A stretch of DNA of 64,000 nucleotides from an uncultured virus (IMG/VR IMGVR_UViG_3300009174_000005) (Duplodnaviria > Heunggongvirae > Uroviricota > Caudoviricetes), in the IMG/VR virus record IMGVR_UViG_3300009174_000005, one strand, 5' to 3'. The position numbers and the translations under genes were made by a program. Below are positions 1 to 9,151 of the stretch, piece by piece (within the stretch, counting starts at the first letter, position 1; each line of letters starts with the position of its first letter). The notes under the pieces were generated by a model. The model ran no database searches. It was not told the DNA's origin and saw only the letters and a program-made list of their open reading frames with translations.

Positions 1-59
1 ATCTGTGCTCATATCAGATAATCTTAAAGATTGCATTCCCTGACAGCCGCGACGCAAAA

Positions 60-302
60 ATGGCAGTACGAATTAGATTAGATCCTAATTTCAGATTTAA
101 ACACGCTGCACAGATCATATTGCAGCAAGTAGGCAGATCTACAAGAACACCTACTGATTTTAGTGAGTGTTTCATTTTAGATGCACACTGGTTGTGGTTT
201 TATCATAAGGCTAGAGAATTGCAACTGTTTCCTAGGTACTTTATGGAAGCTATTCATACACCAGGTAGAATACCTGATTTAACTCTACAGAGGATTGCAT
301 AA
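60..302 (+). CDS. hypothetical protein
   Basis: 80-aa ORF coupled by TAATG overlap to the next ORF. Confidence 0.5.
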   Translation: MAVRIRLDPNFRFKHAAQIILQQVGRSTRTPTDFSECFILDAHWLWFYHKARELQLFPRYFMEAIHTPGRIPDLTLQRIA

Positions 303-514
303 TGGATCAAACCGAAATGCTACAAGAAATGCGCTCTGATTCTCTACTTAACAAAGTACGTCGCGAGATGTCATTCTCAAACACACGTATTGCACAAGCG
401 ACTAGTCAAAAACGCCCACTATCTATAGCTGACCAGAGAATCATGGAGTTTGAAGCTGCACAGCGGATTATTAACATTGTGCAGAATCACGTTGAACAAA
501 GAAAGGTAAGCTGA
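302..514 (+). CDS. hypothetical protein
   Basis: GAGGA SD; tightly packed in operon. Confidence 0.6.
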   Translation: MDQTEMLQEMRSDSLLNKVRREMSFSNTRIAQATSQKRPLSIADQRIMEFEAAQRIINIVQNHVEQRKVS

Positions 515-525
515 TAAGAGGTAAT

Positions 526-726
526 ATGGCTGATCTTGAAGCATTAACACAAGAAGACGTTAGACTGCACCATGAAATAGGTAAATTACGCGATGAAAGT
601 GATAAATTATTCGCGTGTGGTAATCGCACAGCTGCGAGTCTACTAGAGGATCAAATACAAGCGTTCAAGCGACGTAGGTTTGAAATACGTCAGTTACTTA
701 ATATAACAGAAATGGAAGAAAGGTAG
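526..726 (+). CDS. hypothetical coiled-coil protein
   Basis: GAGGT SD; helical composition. Confidence 0.6.
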   Translation: MADLEALTQEDVRLHHEIGKLRDESDKLFACGNRTAASLLEDQIQAFKRRRFEIRQLLNITEMEER

Positions 727-738
727 GTATCCTGTACA

Positions 739-1182
739 ATGCTATTCAAACTAACCGACCAAATTCGTGGCATTCAGTACGTAGAAGCCGACGACAAGCA
801 ATCCGCCTATGACATCGTATGTCCACGTGCGGACGACTTCATTAATTATTACGGCAGCGAGGAGTTATCGAAATACAGTCGTATAGAACTTGACAGGAGA
901 TTTAATTTATTCACAGAGGCTTGCTTCCCTACGTCAATTGAAGTAGTGTACGAGGGTGCAGTGCTGCGAGAGAATGTCAATGCGTTTACGTTTCAAGGTG
1001 CGTTCGTGTGGAGTGGAGAAGACACAGAAAGCGAATCGAGCGAACCGGTAAAGTCTTCTGTAGATAATACAGAATTTATCAAACCTTCACGCAAGCGTGG
1101 ACGCCCTAAGAGATCAAACCCATCTAAAACAGAGGCTAAATCTACCACCAGCAAACGTACAATTAGCAAACGTCGCAAATAA
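739..1182 (+). CDS. hypothetical protein with AT-hook-like basic tail
   Basis: KRGRPKR motif and K/R/S/T-rich C-terminus. Confidence 0.6.
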   Translation: MLFKLTDQIRGIQYVEADDKQSAYDIVCPRADDFINYYGSEELSKYSRIELDRRFNLFTEACFPTSIEVVYEGAVLRENVNAFTFQGAFVWSGEDTESESSEPVKSSVDNTEFIKPSRKRGRPKRSNPSKTEAKSTTSKRTISKRRK

Positions 1183-1273
1183 GGTAATAGTAATAGCCGC
1201 GCGCGCGTGATCGTAATCGAGGAATCCTCCTTGAGCGATCGATAGTAGTAAACCTTTCAGAAAGGTACAACAA

Positions 1274-2395
1274 ATGGCAGTGAGACAAGGTACAGGTACG
1301 CAGGTAGCAACAGCACAACAGACTGTAGTAGCTTCTACAGGCCCCATGATCGCAAGTTTCGATCCGGATGCATTCGAAACTTACGGGCTGGTAGACAAGC
1401 TGACAGGGACTATTGTTGAATCCCTGTATGGTCCCTATGACTGGAATGGTAAGGCTGATCGCTCTAAGGGAGGGTACGCATTCGGGTTATTCGTAGTCAT
1501 CCGGCCAGACCCGGGAGAGTCAACTCAAGATGATCAATTGGTATTCTTGCAGGGGGGGTATCTATCTGCGTGGATTCCGTCAATGGATGGTATCAACCCG
1601 GCAGGAGGTTTAAGCCTACAAGATTGGAAGGATCTAGGCGCTGGTAAGTCAGCAGACGGACAGCTCGCAAATCTACCCCGCGACCCTGCCGATGAGACAG
1701 ACCCCGGGAATCCTTCAGCAGGTAAGAAACTGTATCTACAATTCGGCGGAATCCACGCAATCCCAACAGGTGGCACAGGTCACAAGAATCTAGACAAGCG
1801 ATACAACCTGAAGGATTTCTTGGCGGCGATGTTTGCTTGCACAGGGTTTCCAAAGGAACGTGCTATGACGGCTGGTGTAAGTGTTAACGGACAGCCCCCG
1901 CTAGGCACTCGATTCATGGTAGGTGCTCATGGTCGATTCGACCGCATCCCTGACCCTACGTACCGCGAGCCTACAAACCCCGATCCTAACAAGCGCAAGG
2001 GTGACGGTAAATTCCTTTGCATGACAGAATTCTACGGGTTTGTAGATGGAGTAACTAGTCAACCTGCTAGCGTACAAACGGCGGCACCTGCACAAGCTGC
2101 TGCACCCGCACAAACGCAAGCTGCTACTCCTGCTACTACTGTCCACTCTGCCACACCCGTAGCAGCTACAGCCGATGATCTAGACAGCGAGATTAATGCC
2201 GCTATTATGGAAATCTTAATCGCTAACGGCGGCGTGTACCACAAAGCCGAGCTTACCAAAGAGGTCCCCAAGAAGTTCCAGGCGGATCGAATTAAGTACA
2301 CACAGGTAATGGGCAAAATGATTAAGCCCGCGTTCTTCGTAGATAGTCCGGTTTTCATGCTCGACGAAGCTACCGGCATGGTGTCTGTAGCGTAG
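1274..2395 (+). CDS. putative ssDNA-binding/replication protein
   Basis: 373 aa with AAAGGT SD; beta-rich N-domain, Ala/Pro/Thr linker, small C-terminal domain; replication-module context. Function inferred. Confidence 0.45.
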   Translation: MAVRQGTGTQVATAQQTVVASTGPMIASFDPDAFETYGLVDKLTGTIVESLYGPYDWNGKADRSKGGYAFGLFVVIRPDPGESTQDDQLVFLQGGYLSAWIPSMDGINPAGGLSLQDWKDLGAGKSADGQLANLPRDPADETDPGNPSAGKKLYLQFGGIHAIPTGGTGHKNLDKRYNLKDFLAAMFACTGFPKERAMTAGVSVNGQPPLGTRFMVGAHGRFDRIPDPTYREPTNPDPNKRKGDGKFLCMTEFYGFVDGVTSQPASVQTAAPAQAAAPAQTQAATPATTVHSATPVAATADDLDSEINAAIMEILIANGGVYHKAELTKEVPKKFQADRIKYTQVMGKMIKPAFFVDSPVFMLDEATGMVSVA

Positions 2396-2417
2396 TAAGT
2401 TATATCGTCAATTTTCA

Positions 2418-2487
2418 GGTAGCAAACTCTCGCGTATGAGGGGTTTTCTGGGGATTACCCTTTGTTGTAAGCCGAGAGTTTGCTACC
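2418..2487 (+). other. long hairpin (15-bp perfect inverted repeat)
   Basis: GGTAGCAAACTCTCG 2418-2432 pairs with CGAGAGTTTGCTACC 2473-2487. Confidence 0.8.
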
Positions 2488-2510
2488 GTTTCTAGAAAGG
2501 TGTGCTAATA

Positions 2511-2630
2511 ATGACGATAACAATGCTACACGTTCTAATCTCTGTCGGTTGTGCTGTATCAGGGTATTTGATCGGTCGATATGTTCGCCGTGATACAATC
2601 AACCAGAAAACAATCAATAGGTATCGCTAA
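2511..2630 (+). CDS. small membrane protein (39 aa)
   Basis: MTITMLHVLISVGCAVSGYLIGRYVRR...; AAAGGTG SD; below ORF-track cutoff. Confidence 0.5.
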   Translation: MTITMLHVLISVGCAVSGYLIGRYVRRDTINQKTINRYR

Positions 2631-2634
2631 TATA

Positions 2635-2943
2635 ATGTTAGTTCTGGGTGTTATATTATCTACTGCATTGTCAGCGTTCGTGCTTGGTACGTATTTCGGT
2701 ATGTGGTTGGAACGTACACAAGGCAATAAATCAAACAATAAACCAATAAATAGCACAGTGTTTACCTGTACACGTTGCGGACTACCTATCGGCACGGAAA
2801 CCCATGTAGGTGACGGTGGGCCTAGCGGGAGTAAAGAGGGTAATCAATTTGCACACGCGGAATGCCTAGAACGTGGACTGCCTAAGAAGATACAATATCC
2901 TGATTGGCTCCCTACTAACAGATCAGTAGACACGGGGTCGTAG
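2635..2943 (+). CDS. membrane-anchored zinc-finger protein
   Basis: N-terminal TM segment, then CTRC...HAEC; start moved to ATG 2635, just after the upstream stop. Confidence 0.55.
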   Translation: MLVLGVILSTALSAFVLGTYFGMWLERTQGNKSNNKPINSTVFTCTRCGLPIGTETHVGDGGPSGSKEGNQFAHAECLERGLPKKIQYPDWLPTNRSVDTGS

Positions 2944-2982
2944 CGTAGACTATCCAAGAGAGACGGAGTACTGGAGTAAGAA

Positions 2983-3207
2983 ATGCATTCAACATTCTTC
3001 TATCTAATTATTACGATGGCATCAGTACGTTGCAATAGAGCGCACGTCGACTGTGCCATTGTACCATATCAACAGTGTGTATGTTCCACAGCTAAATACG
3101 TCAACGGTATGTGTTGTTCGTCTGATAGTTGTATACCAGCGGACGCAAATCCTTTAGTATGTATAAACTATCTCACTAACACGTGTAGTCTATGCCTCCG
3201 ATACTAA
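2983..3207 (+). CDS. small Cys-rich protein (10 Cys)
   Basis: GGAG SD; hydrophobic N-terminus; 10 Cys in 74 aa. Confidence 0.5.
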   Translation: MHSTFFYLIITMASVRCNRAHVDCAIVPYQQCVCSTAKYVNGMCCSSDSCIPADANPLVCINYLTNTCSLCLRY

Positions 3208-3797
3208 TAGCAACCGGCTTTCCTCCCGGTCTAAACGATATAGACGGTGCTTCTAACCGTGCTCCTGGAGTGCATGCATCAGATATCATATACTCTATCG
3301 CACTACGTCTAGGCTACAAAAAACAATCTACAACATTTGCGGACCATACTAGAAACGCTTTCATGATTCTAGGGTCTGCACTAGAACATGCAATAGCTTA
3401 CTTTTATTTTAAACGTTTTCCGGGAAGATATCTACACCAGCCGGGTGAGTACACCGTAGATTATATCCACGGTAATCCTGATTTAATCGATTGCGAATTC
3501 CCGGCAGTAGAAGAAATCAAGCTTACGTGGGCAAGTGCTACGCATGACATACTATCTGATCAATATTGGCACTATTGGGTGCAGGTTAAAACGTACTGCT
3601 ATATGGTGGGATTGAATACAGGACGATTGCATATCGTCAACATAACAGGTGGAGGAGAATTCGGATTCGGCCCTGCTTATAGAGTATGGGAATGGGTATT
3701 TACGGATGAAGAATTAAAACAGAATTGGGCAATGATGGTAAATAATCGTGATAAGGTAGCGGAAGAGTTACAGAGTAAGAAGGATGGTGTAAGTTGA
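3192..3797 (+). CDS. PD-(D/E)XK exonuclease (Cas4/RecB-like)
   Basis: HASD...G.ALE...GNPDLID...EEIKLT...QVKTY motifs. Confidence 0.8.
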   Translation: MPPILIATGFPPGLNDIDGASNRAPGVHASDIIYSIALRLGYKKQSTTFADHTRNAFMILGSALEHAIAYFYFKRFPGRYLHQPGEYTVDYIHGNPDLIDCEFPAVEEIKLTWASATHDILSDQYWHYWVQVKTYCYMVGLNTGRLHIVNITGGGEFGFGPAYRVWEWVFTDEELKQNWAMMVNNRDKVAEELQSKKDGVS

Positions 3798-3890
3798 AAG
3801 ACTTTCTAAACAAACTTATCCTAGTTGAGTTGTGCATCCTTACATTTGTAGTGACACTGCTTTTAATTACACACTGGAGGTAAACAGGGT

Positions 3891-4347
3891 ATGATTTATG
3901 TTGCTTCATCGTGGCGTAATCCACTATACGACGGCGTCATTGCAACTCTACGAGCAGCTGGACTAGACTTTTATGATTTCAAAAATCCCCCTAATGGTAA
4001 GGGTTTTAGTTGGCAACAGGTAGGAGGACAACCGCTTTACATGTACAATACTGAGCAAGGCGAGGAACGTGTAGACAACTATTTGAAGATGATTAAACAC
4101 CCTAGAGCCATCGAAGGATATCACTCGGATATTGGATATTGATGCATTACTAGCGGCTGATACCGTCGTGCTTGTGTTGCCTTGTGGTAGATCAGCACAC
4201 CTAGAATTAGGTTTAGCTATCGGTGCTGGAAAACGTACAGCTATTCTATTAACAGACACCCTAGAGCCCGAATTGATGTACAAAGCTGTAGACTTTATGA
4301 CGCCTAGTCTGCCTGCTTTGCTTGAGTGGTTGGGGGTTGGACAGTGA
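3891..4347 (+). pseudogene. nucleoside 2-deoxyribosyltransferase-like protein, frameshifted
   Basis: IYVASSWRN and LVLPCGRSAHLELG halves lie in different frames; removing one copy of the tandem GGATATT (4127-4140) restores ...YHSDIDALLAAD... Confidence 0.8.
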
Positions 4348-4565
4348 CGCCTAAGCAAAACACACCTAGAGAACGTAATTGGTTAGACAGTAACGGTGAA
4401 TTCATCTTCGGCAAGCACGCAGGTTCGACTCCACAAGAATTGATAGACAACGGCGACGAATCCTATCTACGGTGGATCATAAACGATGTTGAAGATTGTT
4501 CACATGAAGACCGCGATATTATCTCACTGGTGTTAGAACAGAACAGCCGTAGAGGTAGACGGTAG
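4326..4565 (+). CDS. DUF3820/ExoX C-terminal-like small protein
   Basis: FIFGKHAG...SYLRWI motif; true start probably the GTG overlapping the upstream stop. Confidence 0.6.
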   Translation: MVGGWTVTPKQNTPRERNWLDSNGEFIFGKHAGSTPQELIDNGDESYLRWIINDVEDCSHEDRDIISLVLEQNSRRGRR

Positions 4566-4737
4566 TGGACAAGACAGAGCTAGCAATTATTTTAATGGGT
4601 TTCTGGCAAATAGGCGTAGGTGTGCAATTTTGGTGGACACTACTCTACACGTAACTTGAGAAGTTCCATACGTACAAATTTGGCGAAGTAGAAGAACGGT
4701 TTAATAAATATCAAATGGAGAAAGAAGGTAGATAGGC

Positions 4738-5676
4738 ATGGGTCTAGTTAAATCAACCGCACCCGCTACGTTAGCACGTTCAACTGTAGACTATGCTACT
4801 AAACCCTCGCCTGAATCAATGTTTCCAGGCTCAGACTTCTACACGCTATCAGAACCTAAACTACAGACCAATTGCCTGATAGCTGGCGAGTCTGGTTGCG
4901 GTAAGACCTCATTCGTTACGTTATTCTGTCCTGCGCCCATCGCAATGATAAATTTTGACCGTCGCGCAAGCGATGCCGTATACCGCGCTGAACAATCTGG
5001 TAAACGCATTCTCTACGCGGATGTCGCCTATCCGCACAATGCAATGGAACTAGACGACAAAGAATCCATGCGCGTAGGCGAAGCGTGCGTAGGAAAAGTA
5101 GTGCGCAACCTAGAATACGCTGTTAAAGAATCTATAGCAGGTAATATCCGTACTATATGTCTGGACACTGGTACGGAATTAGGTGAGATTATCAACATGG
5201 CAACAGCAGGTCGTCCGGATAAGTCAAAATACGGCGATAGAGGCAAATCAAAAGATCTAGCAAATAGACAGTGGGGAGGGATTTACGATCTCGTGCGTGA
5301 TGGACTAGCACATTTTGTGGTTCTATCCAGAGCTAAGGAAATCTGGATAGACGATAAAGGCACAGGCAGATACACTTACAGAGGCTCGCCCGCGATGTTT
5401 GAAGGTGTTGAGTGGGCAGGTGTGCTGAAAGCAGAGAAAACATCTACACTGCGATTAGGTGGAGGACTGGTATTAGGGGGTGCAAATGCAACACCCGCAG
5501 ATGGAAAGATTGTTAGATCTATTCATATGATTAAAGCAGGTGTTAACGGCGGCGAATTAGGACAAACATACACAGAGGCACAGTGGGAAGGTTTCGGCGG
5601 GCCATTTGCGTTTTGCGCAATGATGCAATACATGGGCAGATTCCCTGGTAGCAGCCCAGAGGACTGGTTGAAATGA
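4738..5676 (+). CDS. AAA/RecA-like ATPase (Sak4-like recombinase)
   Basis: Walker A GESGCGKT; Walker B ICLDT; recombination-module context. Confidence 0.7.
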   Translation: MGLVKSTAPATLARSTVDYATKPSPESMFPGSDFYTLSEPKLQTNCLIAGESGCGKTSFVTLFCPAPIAMINFDRRASDAVYRAEQSGKRILYADVAYPHNAMELDDKESMRVGEACVGKVVRNLEYAVKESIAGNIRTICLDTGTELGEIINMATAGRPDKSKYGDRGKSKDLANRQWGGIYDLVRDGLAHFVVLSRAKEIWIDDKGTGRYTYRGSPAMFEGVEWAGVLKAEKTSTLRLGGGLVLGGANATPADGKIVRSIHMIKAGVNGGELGQTYTEAQWEGFGGPFAFCAMMQYMGRFPGSSPEDWLK

Positions 5677-6170
5677 TAATAACGAATGAAGACACAACAC
5701 ATTTATTCGATCCTAGTTTGCCCCCTATAACAGCCTTTAGAGATGAATTTAGATTCTTGTCTAACTTCTGGTCTGCTGAAGTAGACTGGTATAGCTGTGG
5801 TGCTAATCATACGTACTCTACCGTTGAACACGCATATCAAGCTGCTAAGACAGATGACGAAGCACAGCGAGAATTGATTCAATATGCTAATACCCCGGGG
5901 ATAGCTAAGAGAATAGGACGTACAGTGCATATACGCGAAGGGTGGGAAGAGCAAAAATTAGTTGTAATGAGTCTATTACTAATCCAAAAATTTCTTAACC
6001 ACGTAGAGCTAGGCAAGAAATTAAGTAATACAGGTAAGCGTTTACTGGTTGAAGGTAATACATGGGGGGACACTTTTTGGGGTGTAGACGTACGCACTGG
6101 AAAAGGGCAGAATAACCTAGGCGTATCTCTCATGGAAACTAGAATAGAGGTAGTACGATGCAAGTATTAG
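5673..6170 (+). CDS. NADAR family N-glycosidase (YbiA-like)
   Basis: FLSNFW, TVEHAYQAAK, LVEGNTWGDTFWGV, GQNNLG motifs. Confidence 0.92.
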   Translation: MIITNEDTTHLFDPSLPPITAFRDEFRFLSNFWSAEVDWYSCGANHTYSTVEHAYQAAKTDDEAQRELIQYANTPGIAKRIGRTVHIREGWEEQKLVVMSLLLIQKFLNHVELGKKLSNTGKRLLVEGNTWGDTFWGVDVRTGKGQNNLGVSLMETRIEVVRCKY

Positions 6171-6448
6171 ATACCTTTGCACTAGCCGATAAAATAATTG
6201 ACCTTTTAGAAGTAGAAATAACCTGTGAACTTGACGGTGGCAAAGAACCGACAATAGCGTGGGATAAATTAACAGTAGACCACTATACAGATTTACCACA
6301 GACGATTACAAGTCTAGATGAAGACACCCGCTTGATAATCGCAGAGCATATAGAGTATGCCGAGCCTACGGTAGGTATTGATATTCCTAAGAGCTTGCGG
6401 TATAAACTTGAAGCACTAATCAAGGAAGTTTTACATGGGCACGGATAA
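6158..6448 (+). CDS. hypothetical protein
   Basis: GAGGT SD; operon packing. Confidence 0.55.
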   Translation: MQVLDTFALADKIIDLLEVEITCELDGGKEPTIAWDKLTVDHYTDLPQTITSLDEDTRLIIAEHIEYAEPTVGIDIPKSLRYKLEALIKEVLHGHG

Positions 6449-7298
6449 CACACCTACCGTGCTTGTATCCAATGCCGCTGGTAGCAAAGATCTAGTCTTG
6501 TACCCACCGCTAGATACATATGGAGCACTTTGCAACTTACCCTCTACCGATGTATCATTTGTAGGTAATGGACCAGACGGACCACTATTAATAGGTGTGG
6601 AGGTTAAATCACTATCCGACTTGCTATCATCTGTTGATTGCGGTCGATTACAAGCTACGCAAATACCTAAACTCTTAGAATCGCATAATATCTGCTGGCT
6701 TTTAATATACGGCGAATATCGCTGTACCTCAGACGGCAAGTTAGAAGAGTACAAACTAGTAAATAAATCAAAGATATCTCCCACGGTGCGTCCATACTAC
6801 AAATGGTGTCCTGTGACAGTAGGCCAGCGACGCGAAGTACCTTACGGTTATCTGGTTTCATTTTTAACAGGGATAACAGATTTAGGAATTCATTACGATC
6901 ATGTACACGATATAGCTGAATCTGCACAGTGGATAGGTGCACTAGCTAGAAGATGGAATAAACCCTATAACGCGCATGCTTCATTTCGTACTTTCGATAG
7001 ATCTCGCTCGTCTATGCCCCTACGTCCAGATCTCTCTAGGGATACTTTAGCTGATGCTGCTGTCTACGCTGCTCTCCCTGGTATCGGATGGGACCGGGCC
7101 ATCTCCCTAGCGCAAGCATTCTCGTGTGTAGACGCGTTCGTGGCAGCTACCCCCTCTAGTCTTGCCGAGGTAACTACGGTGTCTTCTAACGGCCGTACAA
7201 CGCGCCTAGGACCGGTTCTAGCGAGTAGTCTGCATTCAATGCTTCATCGCGGCACGCCTAACACACCTGCAAACAGCCTCTCTAAAAAATCTCCCTAA
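6435..7298 (+). CDS. ERCC4/XPF-type nuclease with HhH
   Basis: D...IGVEVKSLSDLLSS...GRL..Q; C-terminal LPGIG HhH. Confidence 0.8.
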   Translation: MGTDNTPTVLVSNAAGSKDLVLYPPLDTYGALCNLPSTDVSFVGNGPDGPLLIGVEVKSLSDLLSSVDCGRLQATQIPKLLESHNICWLLIYGEYRCTSDGKLEEYKLVNKSKISPTVRPYYKWCPVTVGQRREVPYGYLVSFLTGITDLGIHYDHVHDIAESAQWIGALARRWNKPYNAHASFRTFDRSRSSMPLRPDLSRDTLADAAVYAALPGIGWDRAISLAQAFSCVDAFVAATPSSLAEVTTVSSNGRTTRLGPVLASSLHSMLHRGTPNTPANSLSKKSP

Positions 7299-7315
7299 AA
7301 AGTAGTCTACAGATG

Positions 7316-7344
7316 TTGACATCAGCCATCTACCCGCGTATACT
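7316..7344 (+). promoter_or_regulatory. sigma70-type promoter
   Basis: TTGACA-N17-TATACT. Confidence 0.8.
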
Positions 7345-7406
7345 TTCTTCCGATGTTGGCGGATAGACCGCTACACATAGATTGTCACTAAGGAAGGAAG
7401 CTACCA

Positions 7407-8009
7407 ATGGCCGTTAAGAAGACTACTCCTGACGTTACAGAAGCGAGTGCTACCCCTGTCACTGCTGACCAAGGTTCCACCGTCCAGACTGCACACGTTG
7501 ACGCTGTAGACGCGTCCACCGCTACCCCTGCTACTGACACTCCTATCGTCCCTAAGCGTGGACGTGGACGTGCCAAGGGGTCTACCAACGACACCTTGAA
7601 GTGGTCTATGGAGATGAAGGCTGCACTCGCCACGCTGGTAGCTGGCAACCCGGGCGCTTTGTCAGCTTCAGACGTGGCAGCTAAGCTAGCAGACGATCCG
7701 GTATTCTCCTCTCTAGTTGTTCATAACACTGAGACTGGCGAGACTGACAGTCTGTTAACCAGTCAGCACGTTATCTCACAAGTTGCTAATCTTAATCGTC
7801 CTGCGCTAGTACGTGTCAAGGACGCTGCTGGAAAGTGGCAAATTAGCAAGGACGCAGATGGTAAGCCCGTAATCGAAGCCGAAGGTCTAGGGCTCGTACT
7901 GCTGAAGCCTGCCGGTAAGACTGCTGGAGCAAAGCCGTCGCGTGCTGCCATGCTTGAGGGGCTGCGTAAGATGCTAGGCAATAAGGCCGGTGAAGAGGTA
8001 GCAGCGTAA
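7407..8009 (+). CDS. putative DNA-binding protein (AT-hook-like plus HTH-like)
   Basis: KRGRGRAKGS motif; strong promoter and AAGGAAGG SD. Confidence 0.55.
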   Translation: MAVKKTTPDVTEASATPVTADQGSTVQTAHVDAVDASTATPATDTPIVPKRGRGRAKGSTNDTLKWSMEMKAALATLVAGNPGALSASDVAAKLADDPVFSSLVVHNTETGETDSLLTSQHVISQVANLNRPALVRVKDAAGKWQISKDADGKPVIEAEGLGLVLLKPAGKTAGAKPSRAAMLEGLRKMLGNKAGEEVAA

Positions 8010-8024
8010 GTTTAAACAATTAAA

Positions 8025-8107
8025 CGCAACGTGGCGAAATTGGTATACGCGATAGACTCAAAATCTATTCCTTTGGGTTAAGGGTTCGAATCCCTTCGTT
8101 GCGACCA
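8025..8107 (+). tRNA. tRNA-Leu (CAA)
   Basis: acceptor CGCAACG/CGTTGCG; anticodon arm ATAGA-CTCAAAA-TCTAT; GTTCGAATC T-loop; encoded CCA. Confidence 0.92.
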
Positions 8108-8121
8108 ATATACAGTGTTTG

Positions 8122-8280
8122 AAGCAACGTGATTACACAGCGGACAAGGTTAAGACAAGCTTACGATAAAGTACGCGGGAGACACAAAGACCATTCTAGG
8201 TGCCGTGTCGCTAATACCGTGAAATACGTAAGCCTAATTCTAGTAGGAAGGCGAGTGACTGACCAGTAATCACGTTGCTT
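8122..8280 (+). ncRNA. unassigned structured RNA candidate A
   Basis: 15-bp perfect closing stem plus nested stems; non-coding gap after tRNA-Leu. Confidence 0.6.
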
Positions 8281-8310
8281 TTATATTAACGAAAGAAAGG
8301 AACACAAGAA

Positions 8311-8928
8311 ATGGATGCTACCTATAGTTCAATCTTTGAAGCAATCTTAGCACGGGCTAGTGGCCTTATGTACGTTATTCCTAATCAAGGTGCACGTGGC
8401 TATCCTATGCCGTCTAACACATCAGACGAATACATCACTTCTACTCTGTATCATCAATTAGGCGCAATCGGCGGTGCTGTAGGAGAGCCGCAGTCAGATG
8501 ACCTAACCCTAGTGTTCGTACGACACCCGTCGAACCCTCTAGGCATTATCAACAATACTGAATATCCCAGAGTTACTACGCAAGACCATACAGCACTAGA
8601 GTATATGATTGTAAACGGCCGTCCTGCTTACCTGTCTGTTATTCGTGCAGGCAACGATGCTTTGAATCTCTCCCCTAATATCCACGTGACGCGTACTCCA
8701 GGCGCACCGGATGAAGGCCATATTAATGATCCTAACGCGGCCGCTGAAGCTGAGGGTAAGCTTGTAGCTGATTTGCTTAATATCATTACCCATCTGGGTG
8801 AGATGTCCACGCTACAAGCGGACGGGAGCGGTGGATGGGAACCTGTGAAGATTAATCAATCTGCACAGTGGCACGCGTTGAAAGTTGCACAGTATTTCAA
8901 GAATCCGTTTGACACGAGAGGTGATTAA
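8311..8928 (+). CDS. hypothetical protein
   Basis: 205 aa; AAAGGA SD; family not recognised. Confidence 0.7.
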   Translation: MDATYSSIFEAILARASGLMYVIPNQGARGYPMPSNTSDEYITSTLYHQLGAIGGAVGEPQSDDLTLVFVRHPSNPLGIINNTEYPRVTTQDHTALEYMIVNGRPAYLSVIRAGNDALNLSPNIHVTRTPGAPDEGHINDPNAAAEAEGKLVADLLNIITHLGEMSTLQADGSGGWEPVKINQSAQWHALKVAQYFKNPFDTRGD

Positions 8929-8932
8929 CGCT

Positions 8933-9142
8933 ATGTTACCAGGACTACAAATCGGACGAATTATCCATTACGTTAGCCCCTACAACAATGAACACCAAGC
9001 TGGTATTATCACAGGTACACACGGTGACACTAGCGAAGTTACTTTTACGCTGTTTGCTTCTGATGGTACGTACTCGGGTGAAACTGCTGTGTATGACGCT
9101 AATTGTGCAGTAGGAACGTGGCACTGGCCAGAGCGTTCGTAA
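8933..9142 (+). CDS. conserved small phage protein (GRIIHY...GTWHWPER type)
   Basis: motif common in phage small proteins; GAGGTG SD before ATG 8933. Confidence 0.7.
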   Translation: MLPGLQIGRIIHYVSPYNNEHQAGIITGTHGDTSEVTFTLFASDGTYSGETAVYDANCAVGTWHWPERS

Positions 9143-9151
9143 GGTTTATAG

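Noticed and set aside
3192..3797. CRISPR-Cas system, suggested by the Cas4-like nuclease
   Set aside because: No repeat-spacer array or other cas genes seen; solo nucleases of this type are common in phages.
8122..8280. Retron msr-msd, suggested by the terminal inverted repeat
   Set aside because: No reverse transcriptase in the window and no recognisable msr/msd layout.
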